In this document: piece after piece, positions 25,301-36,950 of the stretch
Position numbering within the stretch: the stretch's first letter is position 1
Layout: the number at the start of each line of letters is the position of its first letter
DNA from: Azolla caroliniana
Taxonomy: Eukaryota > Plantae > Polypodiophyta
Direction: 5' to 3'
Length of the DNA: 64,000 nucleotides
Assembly: GCA_043228905.1 (NCBI GenBank)
Contig: JBHGNT010000008.1
Span: 12,338,001 to 12,402,000, forward strand
Made by a program: the position numbers and the translations under genes
Notes under the pieces: generated by a model
What the model was told of the DNA's origin: nothing
The model's database searches: none
Seen by the model: the letters and a program-made list of their open reading frames with translations, nothing else

Positions 25301-28300
25301 GTACAAGTACGAGAGCGGTTGAGCAAACATGAGTCAGAAAGGATTCGATTGGAGAAGTTGTGCGAACTCGAAGAGCATCGGATACTAGGTCTAGTACAGC
25401 TAGAATTGGAACAGCGACAGAGGAAAGCATTCATGGACCGCCACCAGAAAGGCGACAAGAAGGAATTCGGAATCGGCAAACCGGTGTTGGTATTCCAGAC
25501 ACAACTGGGGAGCATGCCGGGGAAGCTCCAATTCAGATGGACAGGACCGTATTGGATAACGAAGGAATTCAAGGGGTCCTATCAATTGGGTACCTTAGCC
25601 GGCGATGTACTTGACAAATGGGTGAACGGTTTTCAGCTAAAACCGTATAAGGAGCCGATGCCAACGAACCCGTTCAAGGCTCCGGAGCAGCACGAAGGAA
25701 ACGAGGATGCCGGGGACCATAGGACGGCAGAGATCAGAGGACAACCGGACATCACCGGACAAGCACCAGAGTTAACCGGGCCGGCGAATCGGCAGAACCA
25801 GCCGGGGTCGGAAGAATCTATGACACCCGGAGTTGGCAAGTAGACTACGCCATATGACCGTTGTACGTAGAGAAAAAAAAATTGATGGAAAAATAATAAT
25901 AATAATAATGGAGATTTGAAACGATTCTAGACGTGAAACGGCAATGATGGGAAAGATAGTTACAACAATGACGTCAACCGGGTACTTAATGCACAGCACG
26001 CGTCATAATAAGCCCATAATTAGCCACGACATGCGGACACATTACCCAAGAATAGGCGGCGACGTATGATCAGAGGACACAGAGTGAGGGAATCTCATTT
26101 CGAGACAGAAAAATTTTAAGACCCCAGCGTGAGAGAGCGAATCAGAGCACCGACAAAGCACAAGAAGCACTTCTCTGGAACGACCTCGACGAAAAAAACA
26201 CAGAACCGATGGCGTTATCTGTTGAAGCGAAAGATTGGCTACAGAGAAACGGACTCAAAGGACTCATGCGGGTAGTCGAAGCTCCACCATACAAGGAACC
26301 GAAGAAAGTCGCCAAAATAATCGATGTCAACGGTATCTCCGAGGCGACCATTCAGGCCGCGATTGAGCTCTAATGCGGGGGTCTCCAGTCAATAGAGAAT
26401 CCGCCAACAGAAATCCTGGACGAGTACTTCAGCGAGTTCTCCATCGCCAGCAATGCCTACCGGACACAAGGTGGTGAGAACATGTTGTTCCGGGGAATCG
26501 CGAAGGTGTTGCTGGAGTATGGGTTCATGCATCCACAGCGGCTTGCCATGCCAAAGAACAGAGCCGCTTTCATTATCGCATCCTTTGAAGGCTTGCGGGT
26601 CAATTGACCACTCATTACAGCGGACTCCCTCCAGATAGCAAATGTGTTGAGAATGTTTAAAAGTTATAACGGCTAGTTAGTTCCAACAGCTAGTTAGCCC
26701 AACGGCCAGATCTTGGCCTTTATAAAGAGGAACTTTCTCCTCATGTAAATATGAGCGATCTCTGTATTTTCTCCCTCCTGTTGTGACATACCAATGTATA
26801 ATGATGTTGTAACCAGAAATAAGCTTATAATAGAAGGATTCTTATCTCTGTACATTTGTGTCTTGCATATTACTACCGCGCCATTAAGTGTGCTGATTTA
26901 AGCAAATATGTCTGTCATCAAGTTTCAAATAATAACACTTTTTGGGGACAATTATCAGGTAATCATGTAAAGTATTAATTTCTTACTTTACCTAATTATC
27001 TTCTAAGGCCAACAGTGACTACATATTTCCAACCAATTTCAGCTGGTTAAAGAATATTAGATGATCTAGTGGTTGCTCAAGTTTGATAAAAAGATGATCA
27101 TGCACTGTTAAGCAATGAAGACATACCAAACTTTGTTTCAATGATCTAATTACTCCAGTTTCATTCCCATCCATGGACAGGATAGGCATCCCAATAGTCG
27201 GAAGAGCCAACTCTATCTGTAGAGAGAGACAAATACATCAGTATATTTTCAAATTTAGAAGAGGTTATAAGATTACTCACCGGCTTTATTGAAAGTATGG
27301 AAATAAGAGCCGAATTGTCTTGGATTATGCGCTCAATTCGTGCATCTATTTTGGTAGCTTGCTCCAACTTACTACGGAAACTGTTTATCTGATCCTGAAA
27401 GTTCTTAGTCAACGTAGCAGACTGAGGTCGAATCCAGCGGTTACCATATTGTGAAAGCAGTCTTGCATCTTCCTGTGCTTCTTTTTGCAGTATTTTCTCA
27501 CACTCAATAAGCAAATCTGTATTGATCTGATTGAATTCTTTTAACTGACTCATTTCAGTCTCCAACCCTAATGGACCCCCATCCAATTGCACTGCTTCAA
27601 CATCCTCTTTAAGTTGCAGAGGTAGTATAGAAGCTCCTTCTAGAGCGTGAAGAGAGTGTGGGAGATCCATCGCTTTCAGTCTCCCCTTGGCTATCTCACT
27701 CACCTGTTGCAATTTCTCTACTTGGCTTCTTACAATTTCATCGACCATTTCAGTGTACCTAGAAAGTGCCTTTGCACTGCTATCTGGCACAATGCTAGCA
27801 AACATCTTCTCCTTACTCGCATCCAGAACATCAAACAAATTGAAAGACTTCACAAGAGAAGCCGCTGGCAGTGGTGATAACGAATCAGCATGAGGAACCT
27901 TCATGAGATAAACAAGGTCATTTTCTTTCTTAGCTTGTTCAAGATTATCATGAACATTTGCTTCTAGTTTAGAAACGGCATCAAGAAGATGACTCACAGC
28001 ACCACGTCCTGATTTCTTTGCCATAGCAAGAAAGTTACTCGCAACACTTAACCGGGCTATTTCTTCGCCAATTTCTTCTCTCTGATGAAGCTCTAAGCCT
28101 ATCCTATAACATGCCTCTCCATGATATTGAGCAGCTTTCAGTTGCACATGAGCAACCCAGGCTCTATCAATGTGTTGATTGAGAGGATGAAGTGCTAATG
28201 CTGCTTGAGCTTCTTCATAATACAGTCCAACTTGCCTTGCAAGCTTACTACATAACAAATGCGGCTTTTGATCAGAAACAGCCTTTTCAAAGAAGCATTC

Positions 28301-28897
28301 TTGAGCTTGAGCAAGCATAAGCCTCTCCAACATCCCAACACATTCCACTGAGATATCTATAGTAGAATTGTTTCCATTAAAAGCCTTGATAGAGATATTA
28401 TCTCTAACAAAAGCAAAAGCACCAGCTGCTGCTTGGAAGCAATTACAAGCTTGTTTAATGCCATTAAGGGTAGATCTCTCAGCACTCAAAGCTATCTGGC
28501 TTTGTATAGCACCTAAGTTGAACACAATAGATGCTTTTTCATAATGTATGTTATGTTGGGTTGCCTTCTTACCTGGCTTAAAGGCGTCATTCCATGTGAA
28601 AGTGATAGCATTCACATGCTCTTTTTCACTGGATATTGGAAATCGTGATTCCATCACACAAAGAGCTCTGTAGTACCTTTGCAAAAGGTCTCTTCGAGAC
28701 TCAAGCGAACTTGAAGCTTTCTCAACATCTTCTCGAAGCTTATGAACCATTTTTAGGTCTTCTTCGTTGTCAGAAGCCTCTCTTTCTGAATAGTTTTTCA
28801 GAATATACATCCTCAGAGGTCTGTATAGATCAACAGGGCTTGTTTTCTTCTCTTGGATAGCAAGCATTACATTATTTGTGCATGAAGGAGTAACCAT
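11232..28897 (-). CDS. BRO1: BRO1/ALIX-like ESCRT-associated protein (Bro1 domain, V domain, Pro/Gln-rich tail), about 806 aa. Exons: 28897-27281, 27216-27127, 12502-12434, 12351-12211, 11961-11913, 11806-11700, 11579-11232
   Basis: MLAIQEKKTSPVDLYRPLR..YEKASIVFNLGA..MLAQAQECF matches plant ALIX/BRO1. All six introns are GT..AG with consistent phases, joining ..SLKQSL|TQLDNLASQRVGLEDMLK..|DNILPKLM..KYREIRDN..KQQCSDYVMTR. Confidence 0.93.
13026..13425. repeat. Diverged direct duplication of about 200 bp in BRO1 intron 2
   Basis: ACCTATAATTTCCT..TTTGA..CTGCAAGACTC..CACATTATCAAA..AAAATGTTATA occurs at about 13026 and about 13229. Confidence 0.75.
13703..18433 (-). mobile_element. Structurally complete Ty1/copia element in BRO1 intron 2, same sense as the host gene
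   Basis: LTRs 13703-13913 and 18215-18433 (TG..CA); TSD GCTAG on both sides; Met-i PBS TGGTATCAGAGC (18200-18211); PPT next to 13914; gag, protease (WILDSGASFH) and 923-aa IN-RT-RH ORF 14005-16776. Confidence 0.97.
14005..16776 (-). CDS. Copia pol (integrase, reverse transcriptase YVDD, RNase H)
   Basis: [49 protein letters not shown]. Confidence 0.9.
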   Translation of the reverse strand: MSETGMKVLSRLGYLPCLRYADFEHCDHCIYGKHVQTSHKKSLSLKSSQLELVHSDVCQMPGLSLGGKKYLVTFVDDATRKVWVYPIRSKDEMLDKFRTFLALVENQIDKTLKCLCSDNGGEYVSKAFQAFCDSKGIKRELTAPYNPPQNRVAERMNRTIQDKVRTMLSHAALPHGFWAEAVMTAVHLINWSPNRSLGGGIPQEAWSGKPPSYAHLRVFGCEAFVHIRKERNKLEPKSCKCIFLGYGDDGEMGYRLWDPEKRKMVRDNDVIFRENCMHKQPEKTEEVWRVVFREEIPFRQKNVPAVQQQTPAVNLPANAENEVGNDQPAFANNDEPPNVQERREQQAVNADLQAEMPGQQVENDDLQAQQLPNNEHWVRRSSRVTRRPDRFVPDANSVADYVMVTDCGEPTCFKEAMDRQDNKKWYKAMLSEMESLEKNDTWDLVQLPKGQKTLPCKWVYNMKVISDSLPKYKARLVAKGYKQEYGVDFDEIFSPVVKMTTLRIILGLVAAEDMELIQMDVKTAFLHGDLHEDIYMQQPEGFVAKGKEKMVCKLKRSLYGLKQAPREWYHKFDAFMQSQGFRRSQVDHCLYTKKAGDGSLMILVLYVDDMLIAGKDIHALDSLKQSLHGSFDMKDLGDANHILAMRILRNWSKGVLFLSQQEYISKVLERFNVEGGKTIGVPLSPYLKLSAEDSPTSDDEKAEMAKVPYASAVGSLIYAMVATCPDIAFAVGVVSRYMANPGKKHWEAVKGIMRYLKGTKDLGICFGKQKASVVGFTNADYAGHADCRKSTSGYVFTFTGGAVSWISRLQKCVALSTIEAEYFAATEACKEALWLSYLVRDLGITELPILHCDSQSAIMLARNPVFHAKTKHIQVKYHFIRDVLDNKNIEVVKVHTNNNLADLLTKGLPAERFAHRLQMMGVG
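18742..19585 (+). mobile_element. Probable gypsy 5' LTR plus PBS, interrupted almost at once by gypsy B
   Basis: TGTT(18742)...AACA(19568), then CTTTT and PBS-like TGGCGACCATG; contains a TATA-like TATTTAA and (TTTC)n/(CT)n tracts. Confidence 0.5.
19615..26640 (+). mobile_element. Ty3/gypsy element B (same family as A) in BRO1 intron 2, 3'-truncated
   Basis: 5' LTR TGTG..CACA 19615-20034, then ATTT-TGGCAATC PBS-like; gag with several CCHC knuckles (20914-21327 and about 21738-21783); protease, RT (23143-23922), RH (23980-24552), IN with GPY/F-like tail (24683-25843); accessory ORF from 26209. Confidence 0.93.
26209..26640 (+). pseudogene. Accessory 3' ORF of gypsy B (truncated)
   Basis: MALSVEAKDWLQRNGLKGLMRVVEAPP..SIENPPTE..ASNAYRTQGG..EYGFMHP..FIIASFEG; aligns by eye with 2139-2564(-). 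Confidence 0.75.
26645..26937 (+). mobile_element. Short LTR-like sequence
   Basis: TGTTG..TAACA, internal TATAAA, followed by CTTTT-TGG like other LTR ends here; no TSD found. Confidence 0.4.
27281..28897 (-). CDS. BRO1: BRO1/ALIX exon 1 (539 codons: Bro1 domain and start of V domain)
   Basis: Lies within ORF 27161-28930; ATG at 28897; GTGAGT donor immediately after 27281. Confidence 0.93.
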
Positions 28898-29256
28898 AGC
28901 CACGCCCACAGAACAGAGAGTATTCAACACAGGAAAAAAGAAATATCCCGGAGAAATTATGCACTTTTCCTAATTGAGATTAAAACCTGGGAAATCCTCG
29001 CGCGATTGTTTGGTCCCGGATAAAACAATTAATGTGCAGACATTATGTAAGGCTGAATCTTATTTATTGAAGGACTCTGCAGATTTGGATACCTGTTTAT
29101 ATTGGGATTCTGTTGATGGATAGTTTCTGAATGTTGTTAATGAATGGCTACTCTCTCTCTCTCTCTCTTTCTTGTGTGCTCTGCTCTGCTCTGCTGTGTT
29201 TGGGTGTTTGAGGGGGGCGGGGGGGGCCATCCCATCCCTGACGTTTACCAAAGTAC

Positions 29257-29257
<1 letters not shown>

Positions 29258-29295
<38 letters not shown>
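29258..29295. repeat. (TATG)n microsatellite upstream of BRO1
   Basis: Directly visible. Confidence 0.9.
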
Positions 29296-29297
<2 letters not shown>

Positions 29298-31065
29298 AGT
29301 GGAGTGGACCGACCACCACCAACAACCAACCAACCCATACATAACACATACCCACCTTTTCCTTCTTCTTCATTCATTCATAGCTTGCCGTGTCAAGTGT
29401 GTAATATGTATGTATCCAGGACCAGCCAAACTTTTAACACCATTTTCTCCTCAATTTCTAGATCTATAGAAATAACCCTCCCTTCCCCACACATGAGTAA
29501 GTACATACATTGTATATATGTACATGCTTCCAACTCTCTTAGTATGACTGAGTGGATGGGTGAGTATGTATATGGTTGAAGTTAAGTTAGTTCATATACA
29601 CGCATTTTAACACAAACTCCATGAATTGTAGCAAGTTGATTTTTTTCCAAAATGAAGCTACTTTCCCATTAGTTAGGAAAATTGTGGCAAGTTGATTGAT
29701 TCATGTATAGCTGCTATTATATGGGCTATCACTCACCCATTCACCTCACTTGGTATGCCTGAAAACTAAAGAGCATGCCCATTATCACTCATAAACACAT
29801 TGTGTTATCCTCATGAGGGCATTCGATGCAAGCTAAAAATGGGAAATGCTCTCATTAGTATTAGCACATCCAAATGTTTAAATATCCATTCATGTTTGCT
29901 ATGGATCAATGCTCTTGAGATTCCAATTCTATTGACTTTGGCCTCTACTTGCATTACCGTGTATTAGACCTCTATATAATTGTTGATTTTAATGTTAAGC
30001 ATCATTTTTATTGGCATATGTGCTTCATTTTCGCCATTCTCTAAACACAAAGGAGTCAACAATCAAACAAAATCATCTGTATTAGCGTCTCTTGAGGCCA
30101 AAATTGTTAATTGAAATAAAAACATTTGAGGAATATTCTCGTTTTGAAACAAAACTTTTCAACTATATTGAAATAAAAAAATTTAAGGAGTATTCATGAT
30201 TTGATCTCAAACATTGACTTTCAATAACTCACAAATTGTGAATCATATTTATGCGATTTGAATCTATCTCTTAATTTGCAAGTTATATGGAGTAACTTAC
30301 AAGAAATATATCGAAAGAAAATTAGCAAATCAATCCCATAAGCCTATTCAAGGCCTTGAAGGGTCAGGGTAGATCTCTCGCCCTGAGGAGGGGGTCGTGG
30401 TTGTTAGCAAAGGCAACGAGCCATTGTTGCTAAGTTTCGCGTGCGTGTGTCACTCAAGTGGGGCCATAGGGGCCTTGGACCAAGGGGTCAAAGGGGTGAG
30501 GAAGTTGGAGGTTCGATTAGTGTAGCGACTCGTATGACAATTAGCAGGCGATTAAGGTGAATACACACGAGGTTAGGGAAAAATGTAGACGAAAATATAC
30601 AAGAGTTATGTTGCAAAAATTAGGGTTTATACAATGGTTAAGTTAGATACCACAATTTCAGTGGTTTGTACAAAATGATCACCCAATATGAGCACAAAAT
30701 GAACAAGTCGAACAAATGAAAGGATGGCTAAAGAACCCGATGAAGGCAAGTCTAGTGGGCTCCAAGTCCGACTACCTCCAATGGCTATGTTGTCTCGATT
30801 CGGAGTAGCTCTCGTGCCACTACAACCTCCCTTCCACGATCAATACACGAGTTAGCTCGTCCTTATCCTGAATCCATCAATGCGTATAACATTCTCCATC
30901 GTGGAGAAGACGATTGAACCTTTGAGTAGATGACCACCAAAATGTAGAAGAAGCCATTGAAGAATAAACGCAAACCCAAAATTCTAACTCTCAAGTAAGA
31001 AGAAGAATAGATGCAAAACTCACACGAAAGAAGAACCATATGCACTCATAAGGAACATATAAACT

Positions 31066-32504
31066 TGTTGAGAATCGAACTCAACTTCCCCAATGAAATG
31101 GTTTCACACTAGCTAGAGGACATATTAGGCTAGTTTTGTAAATAACAAAAAGGGCAGTTGCCCTAGACTAGTTGGTATTTAAAGCAACCTTTTGTAACTT
31201 AGTTACTATTGGACATAATTTTATTGTTCACTAATATGGCTTCTTGTTCTAAGCTCTCTGTCTGTCTGTCTCTCTCTCTCATTGTCTTACGTGTACACAC
31301 AACTCACTTCCGTTGCACAACATCACCTACACTCACGATTCTTTACATGGTATCAGAGTGTGTGGTTTTCTGATCAAGCTTATTCAACTGTGTTGTGCTA
31401 CACACCGATGATCAACAAAACCGGTTTAAGCAACATAGAAGAAATCGACATCATGAATACTCATATGGGAAGCGCTCTTCTTACAGAGAAGCTTGACAGA
31501 ACTAACGTTGCATCTTGGGAATACAAGATGCATCAATACCTTGTCGGTCAAGAATATTGGAGCTATAGTGAGGGAGCTCACGAAACGCAACCCAACCCAA
31601 CACACGCCGACTATCCAACTGTGTGCTGCAAGCCGTGTGTTGTATTGCCTTGCTTTATGCGTTCATGATCACATGCTCGACTATATTCGAGAGGCAAAGA
31701 TGCCAAAAGAAGCTTGGGGTAATCTCAAGAAGATTTTCACAGCCAACATGGCTGCATGAAAGCTTCCACTCCAGCAAAAGTTAGACAATATACAACAGAA
31801 GGATACGTCGATCACCGGCTACACCTTGAAGATCAAGGAACTGTATGATGCCCTCAGTTCAATCAATGTCATCATCGACGATGATGAAATGGTGCAAATA
31901 TGCCTCGGCGGCCTAGCACCATGATTCAACACGATTAGATCGGCCATTCTCGCAAGGGAGAATTCTCCTTCCTTTTTCGACCTTCAGTTGATACTACTGG
32001 TGGAAGAAAATCATGCCCGACAAAGGAGCAATGCACCTGATGGTTAGATGCTCTACTCCCAATCGGATGATGGAAGAGGATTCAGCCGAGGCCGACAGGG
32101 TTAGCCGGCTTGAGAATGCAATTCCCATCATTGGCAAGAGGCCAGAAACACTCCTAGGGAGTTCAGTAGAAGGGGGAGTCATCCTGTTGGACCGAGCCAC
32201 CAAAACAACCCGATTGAATGCAGGTATTGTGGAAAACTTGACCACACCTAAGGTGAGGTCAGTTGTGTGGTGGGTTGCCTCTCATTAAACATTTTCCATG
32301 CTCTTTTACTCTCTTGTCCTAGAAACAATCGATACAAATGATTTCAAATTTATTTGTGAGCAAGGTGGCAAAGGAGTATTTCTTAGACGAGTTTACAACG
32401 TATCTCCAAAAGGAAGGAATTCGATGAGAATTCTTGTGTCAACACACACCTCAACAAAACGGAGTAGCCGAACGAAAGAATTGGCACATAGTAGAGGTGG
32501 CAAG
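31066..32504 (+). mobile_element. Ty1/copia 5' fragment (LTR, PBS, gag, piece of integrase), internally deleted
   Basis: LTR TGTTG(31066)..TTACA(31347); PBS TGGTATCAGAG at 31348; gag MNTHMGSALLTEKLDRTNVASWEYKM, same family as 54972-55700; integrase piece HTPQQNGVAERKN near 32445-32490. Confidence 0.85.
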
Positions 32505-32732
32505 TGTTGGGAAACAGGTCCCTCCGGATGGGATCTGGATGAGAACCAGATGAGTCGGATCGGACGAGATAAAGGAAGGAACCGAATCGAATGGATCTGG
32601 AAGGAGTCCGACTGGATTCGGTATAAACCAGAAAATAGGAACATATTAGTAAATATGTTTAGACGTGACCGCTGAGCCTGGTCATATTTGTAAATAGCCC
32701 CCAAAGTTATATAAGTATAAATATAACTAGGG
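32505..32732 (+). mobile_element. LTR fragment of the copia D/E family
   Basis: Starts TGTTGGGAAACAGGTCCCTCCGGATGGGA, the reverse complement of the LTR ends at 40443, 44605 and 49289. Confidence 0.75.
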
Positions 32733-34966
32733 TGTAAAGAATTGGGTATGATTCTTGTGTAGTGGAAGAGATGTGTGTTATGTATATGTGTGGGAGGAAT
32801 TAGAGGAAAGAAGAGAGAACACAAGATAGATAGAAAAAGGAATACTCAAGAAGAAGGTTTATATTCACAAGTAGAATAGCAAAGTGTAGCATTACAAGGA
32901 GTCACAACCAACTTAGTATGAAGTATGAGGAGGGTGCTTTATATATAGTCACCCTCTCTCTTCATTAACTAACTACAACAACCACTCTCGCTTGGGGAAT
33001 GTGAAGACTCATAGTCATGGGGAATATGTAACTCATTAGTTATGTGTCATAGAATATGAATCTATGACACATAGTTAATGTGTAGAGAGTAGTGGTGTGA
33101 ATCTTGGCCTTTGAGTTCACATGTTGCACTATGTTGAGCTTGATTCTCAACACGCCCCCTCAAGCTCAACTCGGGTTGGTTCCTTTTGATTGATGTCCGC
33201 TTCGGCTGGTATCTGGTTTAGATGATCTCTGGTGTCCACTTCGGCTCGTACCTGGTTCGGACGGTATCCGGTTCTCACTTCTACTCCCCCTCAAACTTGC
33301 CAAGTCAGGGATCATCAATCCAAGGTCTGACATAAATTGCTGAAGCTTGTCGGCTCCTGGGGCCTTGGTGAAGATGTCAGTTGTTTGAAGATTCGTGTTG
33401 ATGTGTAGAAGATCGACATCTCCGGTCTGAACATGCTCTCAAATGAAGTGGTTGTGCACTTCGATATACTTTGTGCGTGCATGGACCACCGGGTTCTGAG
33501 CCAAATATATACTGCTCATGTTGTCGCAATAAATGGGATCGGATCCTTGATGGGAAAGCCTAGATCCTTCAAAATCCTCTTGGAGTTTGCATGAATTGGC
33601 TAAGGAGGCCGACTGGATAGTTCAGGTTGGGTCAAGTGATCGTGAGATAGATGAGGCTCCCGACTGGATATTGAGTCGGCTCGCACTTGTCTGTGTCGGA
33701 GCCGGCATCTAGTTTGAGGTTTCGATCGAGAGGGGGTTGCCACAGATTTGCACTTTGTCATCCCGAACTTGTATAATAAGTTGAGAATTCTAGTGCCGTT
33801 GAGAGATCATAATGCTAGTCGGAATCCAAATTACTTCGATGCCTAGGAAGTAATGAAGTTCCTTCATGTCCGTCATCTCGAATTTATTGGAGAGCAAGGA
33901 TTTCACTTGTTGATGTCGACTAAACTTTCTCCTCCAATGACCAGATCATCCACGTATAGGATGATGACAATCGAGCTTCTAGAGTCGTTTCGTATGTAGA
34001 GGGAGTTGTTGGATTTTGACATTCGAAAGCCGATTTGATGAAGATATTGAGTAATCTTTGAATGCCAAGCACACAGTGCTTTCTTGAGGCAGTAGAGAGG
34101 CTTCTTCAGTTGGTATACGACTTTCGGATGAATGTTGGATTCGAAGTTGGGTGGTTGTACCATGTACACCTCCTCTTCTAATTCGCCTTGAAGAAAGGCG
34201 TTCTTGACGTCCATTTGGTGGAGGTGCCACCCTTTTGTCGCTGCAAGTGTGATCATGGTTCGCATAGTCGTCATCTTCGCCACCGGGGCAAATGTCTCTT
34301 TGTAGTCGACTCCATGCGTCTGTGCATATCCTTTTGCTACGAGTTGAGCTTTGTAGCGGTTTACGGAGCCGTCAGTGTTATACTTCACCTTGTAGATCCA
34401 TCTGCAGCCGATCACCTTCTTGTGCGATGAGTGGCGGACAAGATCCCATGTCTTGTTTTTGGAGAGTGCTTGCATCTCTTCATTCATCTCTTCAACCCAT
34501 CTAGGGTCCTTTGCGGCTTTGGAAAACGTTTCCGGCTCCTGTACAATCGCTACCTTCATCATAAAGGCGTAATAGTACGCCATATAATCATTGTAGTCGA
34601 ATCGGCTTACGAGGTTCTTTTCACGGGTGGATCGGGCGGAGCTTCTCGTTTGCGGATACTACGGCTTTCTTCGCTCCATTTGTCCGGATGTCAAGGACTT
34701 CAAACTCACTATCGAGGGAGTGAGTCGATTCGTTGTCGTCGAAGTGATCATCTTCATAGTCCGGCATTTTAGGCTTCCCTTTGTCCAGCTTTGGACTCGG
34801 CCGAGATGTGCTTTGATCCTTCGGAGGCTCTTGTGGCCCACTAAGCCTTGTCGTAATCGGGCTTTCTTCGAACATGCGCGTGAGCCGATCTTTGGCTTCT
34901 ATCTCTATTTCGGCGGATTCGGGGTCGAGCGGGATCAGAGTCGAAGTTGTTGTTGTCCGCCAGAAT
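32733..34966 (-). mobile_element. Ty1/copia 3' half (RT, RNase H, PPT, 3' LTR)
   Basis: LTR 32733-33152; PPT GAGGGGGCG adjacent; RT ORF 33903-34583 (YKAQLVAKGY..QMDVKNAFL..LYVDDL). Confidence 0.9.
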
Positions 34967-36950
34967 TGTAACCGCCAGACATGGCACGTAAAATATAAAA
35001 TATAAAATATATTAGAAGCGTTAGGAAATGTATGTAACGGTTCACACGAGGAGCGTGACCGACTAAAAGCCCTGTGTATATAAAGGGTAGAAATCCTCTG
35101 TAAGAGGGTGTGTGTAATTTTTGGGAGTGAAGCTTTTGAAATAGAATCCTATATTCTCTTATCTCCTTGTCTGTCTGTGTAAGTAGTCTACTATCTTGGC
35201 ACTACATTCTGATTCGTAACTCTGACTTGTAAGCGTAGTGAAAATGCGTTCTCCCCTTCACACCCAGATGATATGTTTGCTTAGTATCCTGTTACAACTC
35301 ACGCCCAACACGGACCTGTTCCTTGTAAACACAATCACCTTGAAGTCTACCTCGAAGGACTGAGCGTAGATAGTGTTCCTAATCGGTAACACTTTTGGCA
35401 CACTTGGTGATCTGTGATTCCTCGCAGACGAGCAACAAGGAATGGATGTCTAGCCGTAGACAACCCAAAGAACCGACTCAACAGGATCGACCACTAACGA
35501 GGTCTATCACTCGCCAGACAGAACAACGTGCTGAGCGAAAACCTCGTCTCAGCGACCATGACGTTTCCTTTCAGGAGTTCACGATCGACCCCACACTCAC
35601 CAAACACCGCGACGTCAAGCAGGAAGCCCTGTCACCACATGAAAACTGTGGTATTCCCCTACCGACAGTCACCATAGCGTCCGGAATGGCTTTCTACTAC
35701 CCACACTTCAACAGCGAAACAGACGCAACACGCCACATCCGACTATTCCTGAATGTTTGGAATGCTAATCATATGGCGCAACGGTTTCCAGCAACAGAAG
35801 CGCATGAATCGAAGATCGCAAAGTTTGGGCTAACTCTGGATGGTAGAGCGGCGTGCTGGCATTCTCAGATGGACCTCGCAACAATGACAACCTTCGATCA
35901 ATTGCAATCAGCATTTTTGCGGTTTTTTCATCGAAGGGTACAACAACGTGAGATCATCGGGAAATTCTACACCATTAAGCTATTGCCAACAAAATTCGTA
36001 GCGGATTTCAACCTACGTTTCCAGAGCCTACGACGGCAACTTACATGAGCCCCGATAGACGAAGAGGCTAAAGAGATGTTTTTGGCAGCTTTATGACGAC
36101 CTATTCGGACGACGCTTAACACGCATAGTGGGAAAGGGGAAACAACGGATATGGTTATCGAGCGAGCATTACAACTCGAATTAGAGGAAGAAGATGAGGG
36201 CTTGTCTATGTCATCGTTATGACAGGCGTTGCCATAGGACCAGGAACATCGATTCGGCCAGGCTATACAATGCACAATCTGTTTAAATTTAGGGCCTTCC
36301 GCGGTAGAGTGCAATATGAGATTTCATTGTCCAATATGTCACTCAAGGGCACACATGGTGGAGCAATGCGAATACAACATGCTTAACAGACCTACACCCA
36401 TTGTTCGATGCATAGAACCGCAGCGACAACCTCGCAGGAATGATTAAGGGCGACAAGAGGAACGGTTTAGATATGTGGAACGGAATCAGCGCGAAGAGCG
36501 TCAGTACCGTAATCACCATAATAGCAACCTCTATTCCGACGAGGAAGAATAGGAGGACGAAGACTATCAAAATACCAACCAATATAATAAAGGAGGGCGT
36601 CATTATGGCAATCAACTAATCGCGGAGGATTCAATGGACCGCGAACAAATGCACACAATAGACAATATAGGGACCAACGTCGCTATGACAAGAGTTCGGA
36701 AGATGAGTGACGTCAGGAGCCACACCGGGAACACCGACAGACACCGCAACATAACAGGATACTTCAGCAAAACCGGGAGGAGCAAGCCATACCTGCGGAG
36801 GCAGTCGTGGCAACACCGCCAAGAGGAGAGAGAGGTGAGACTAGCGTCCATTGTTTCGTATGCCAACAACTCGGACATTACGCAACGCAGTGTCCAGATC
36901 GCAAAGGCAAGGAACCCGTTGTAAATACGATCACAACGGAAGTCCAACAG
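34967..36950 (+). mobile_element. Ty3/gypsy 5' fragment (LTR, PBS, gag), related to A/B
   Basis: LTR TGTAA..TAACA 34967-35391, then CTTT-TGGCACAC PBS-like; gag (SKIAKFGLTLDGRAACWHSQ) homologous to B gag; CCHC knuckles including CFVCQQLGHYATQC. Confidence 0.85.

Noticed and set aside
27161-28930. 589-aa ORF as an intronless BRO1 retrocopy
   Set aside because: It is a large first exon running into intron 1; downstream exons with proper splice sites complete the protein.
28987-29093. Possible 5'UTR intron of BRO1 (CAG|GTATCC ... TTCCCAG)
   Set aside because: Plausible splice signals, but there is no coding constraint to test them; needs transcript data.
30350-31065. G-rich repeat-like and LTR/PBS-like remnants upstream of BRO1
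   Set aside because: Too decayed to assign boundaries or family; the same holds for 9830-10430 and 56250-57550.
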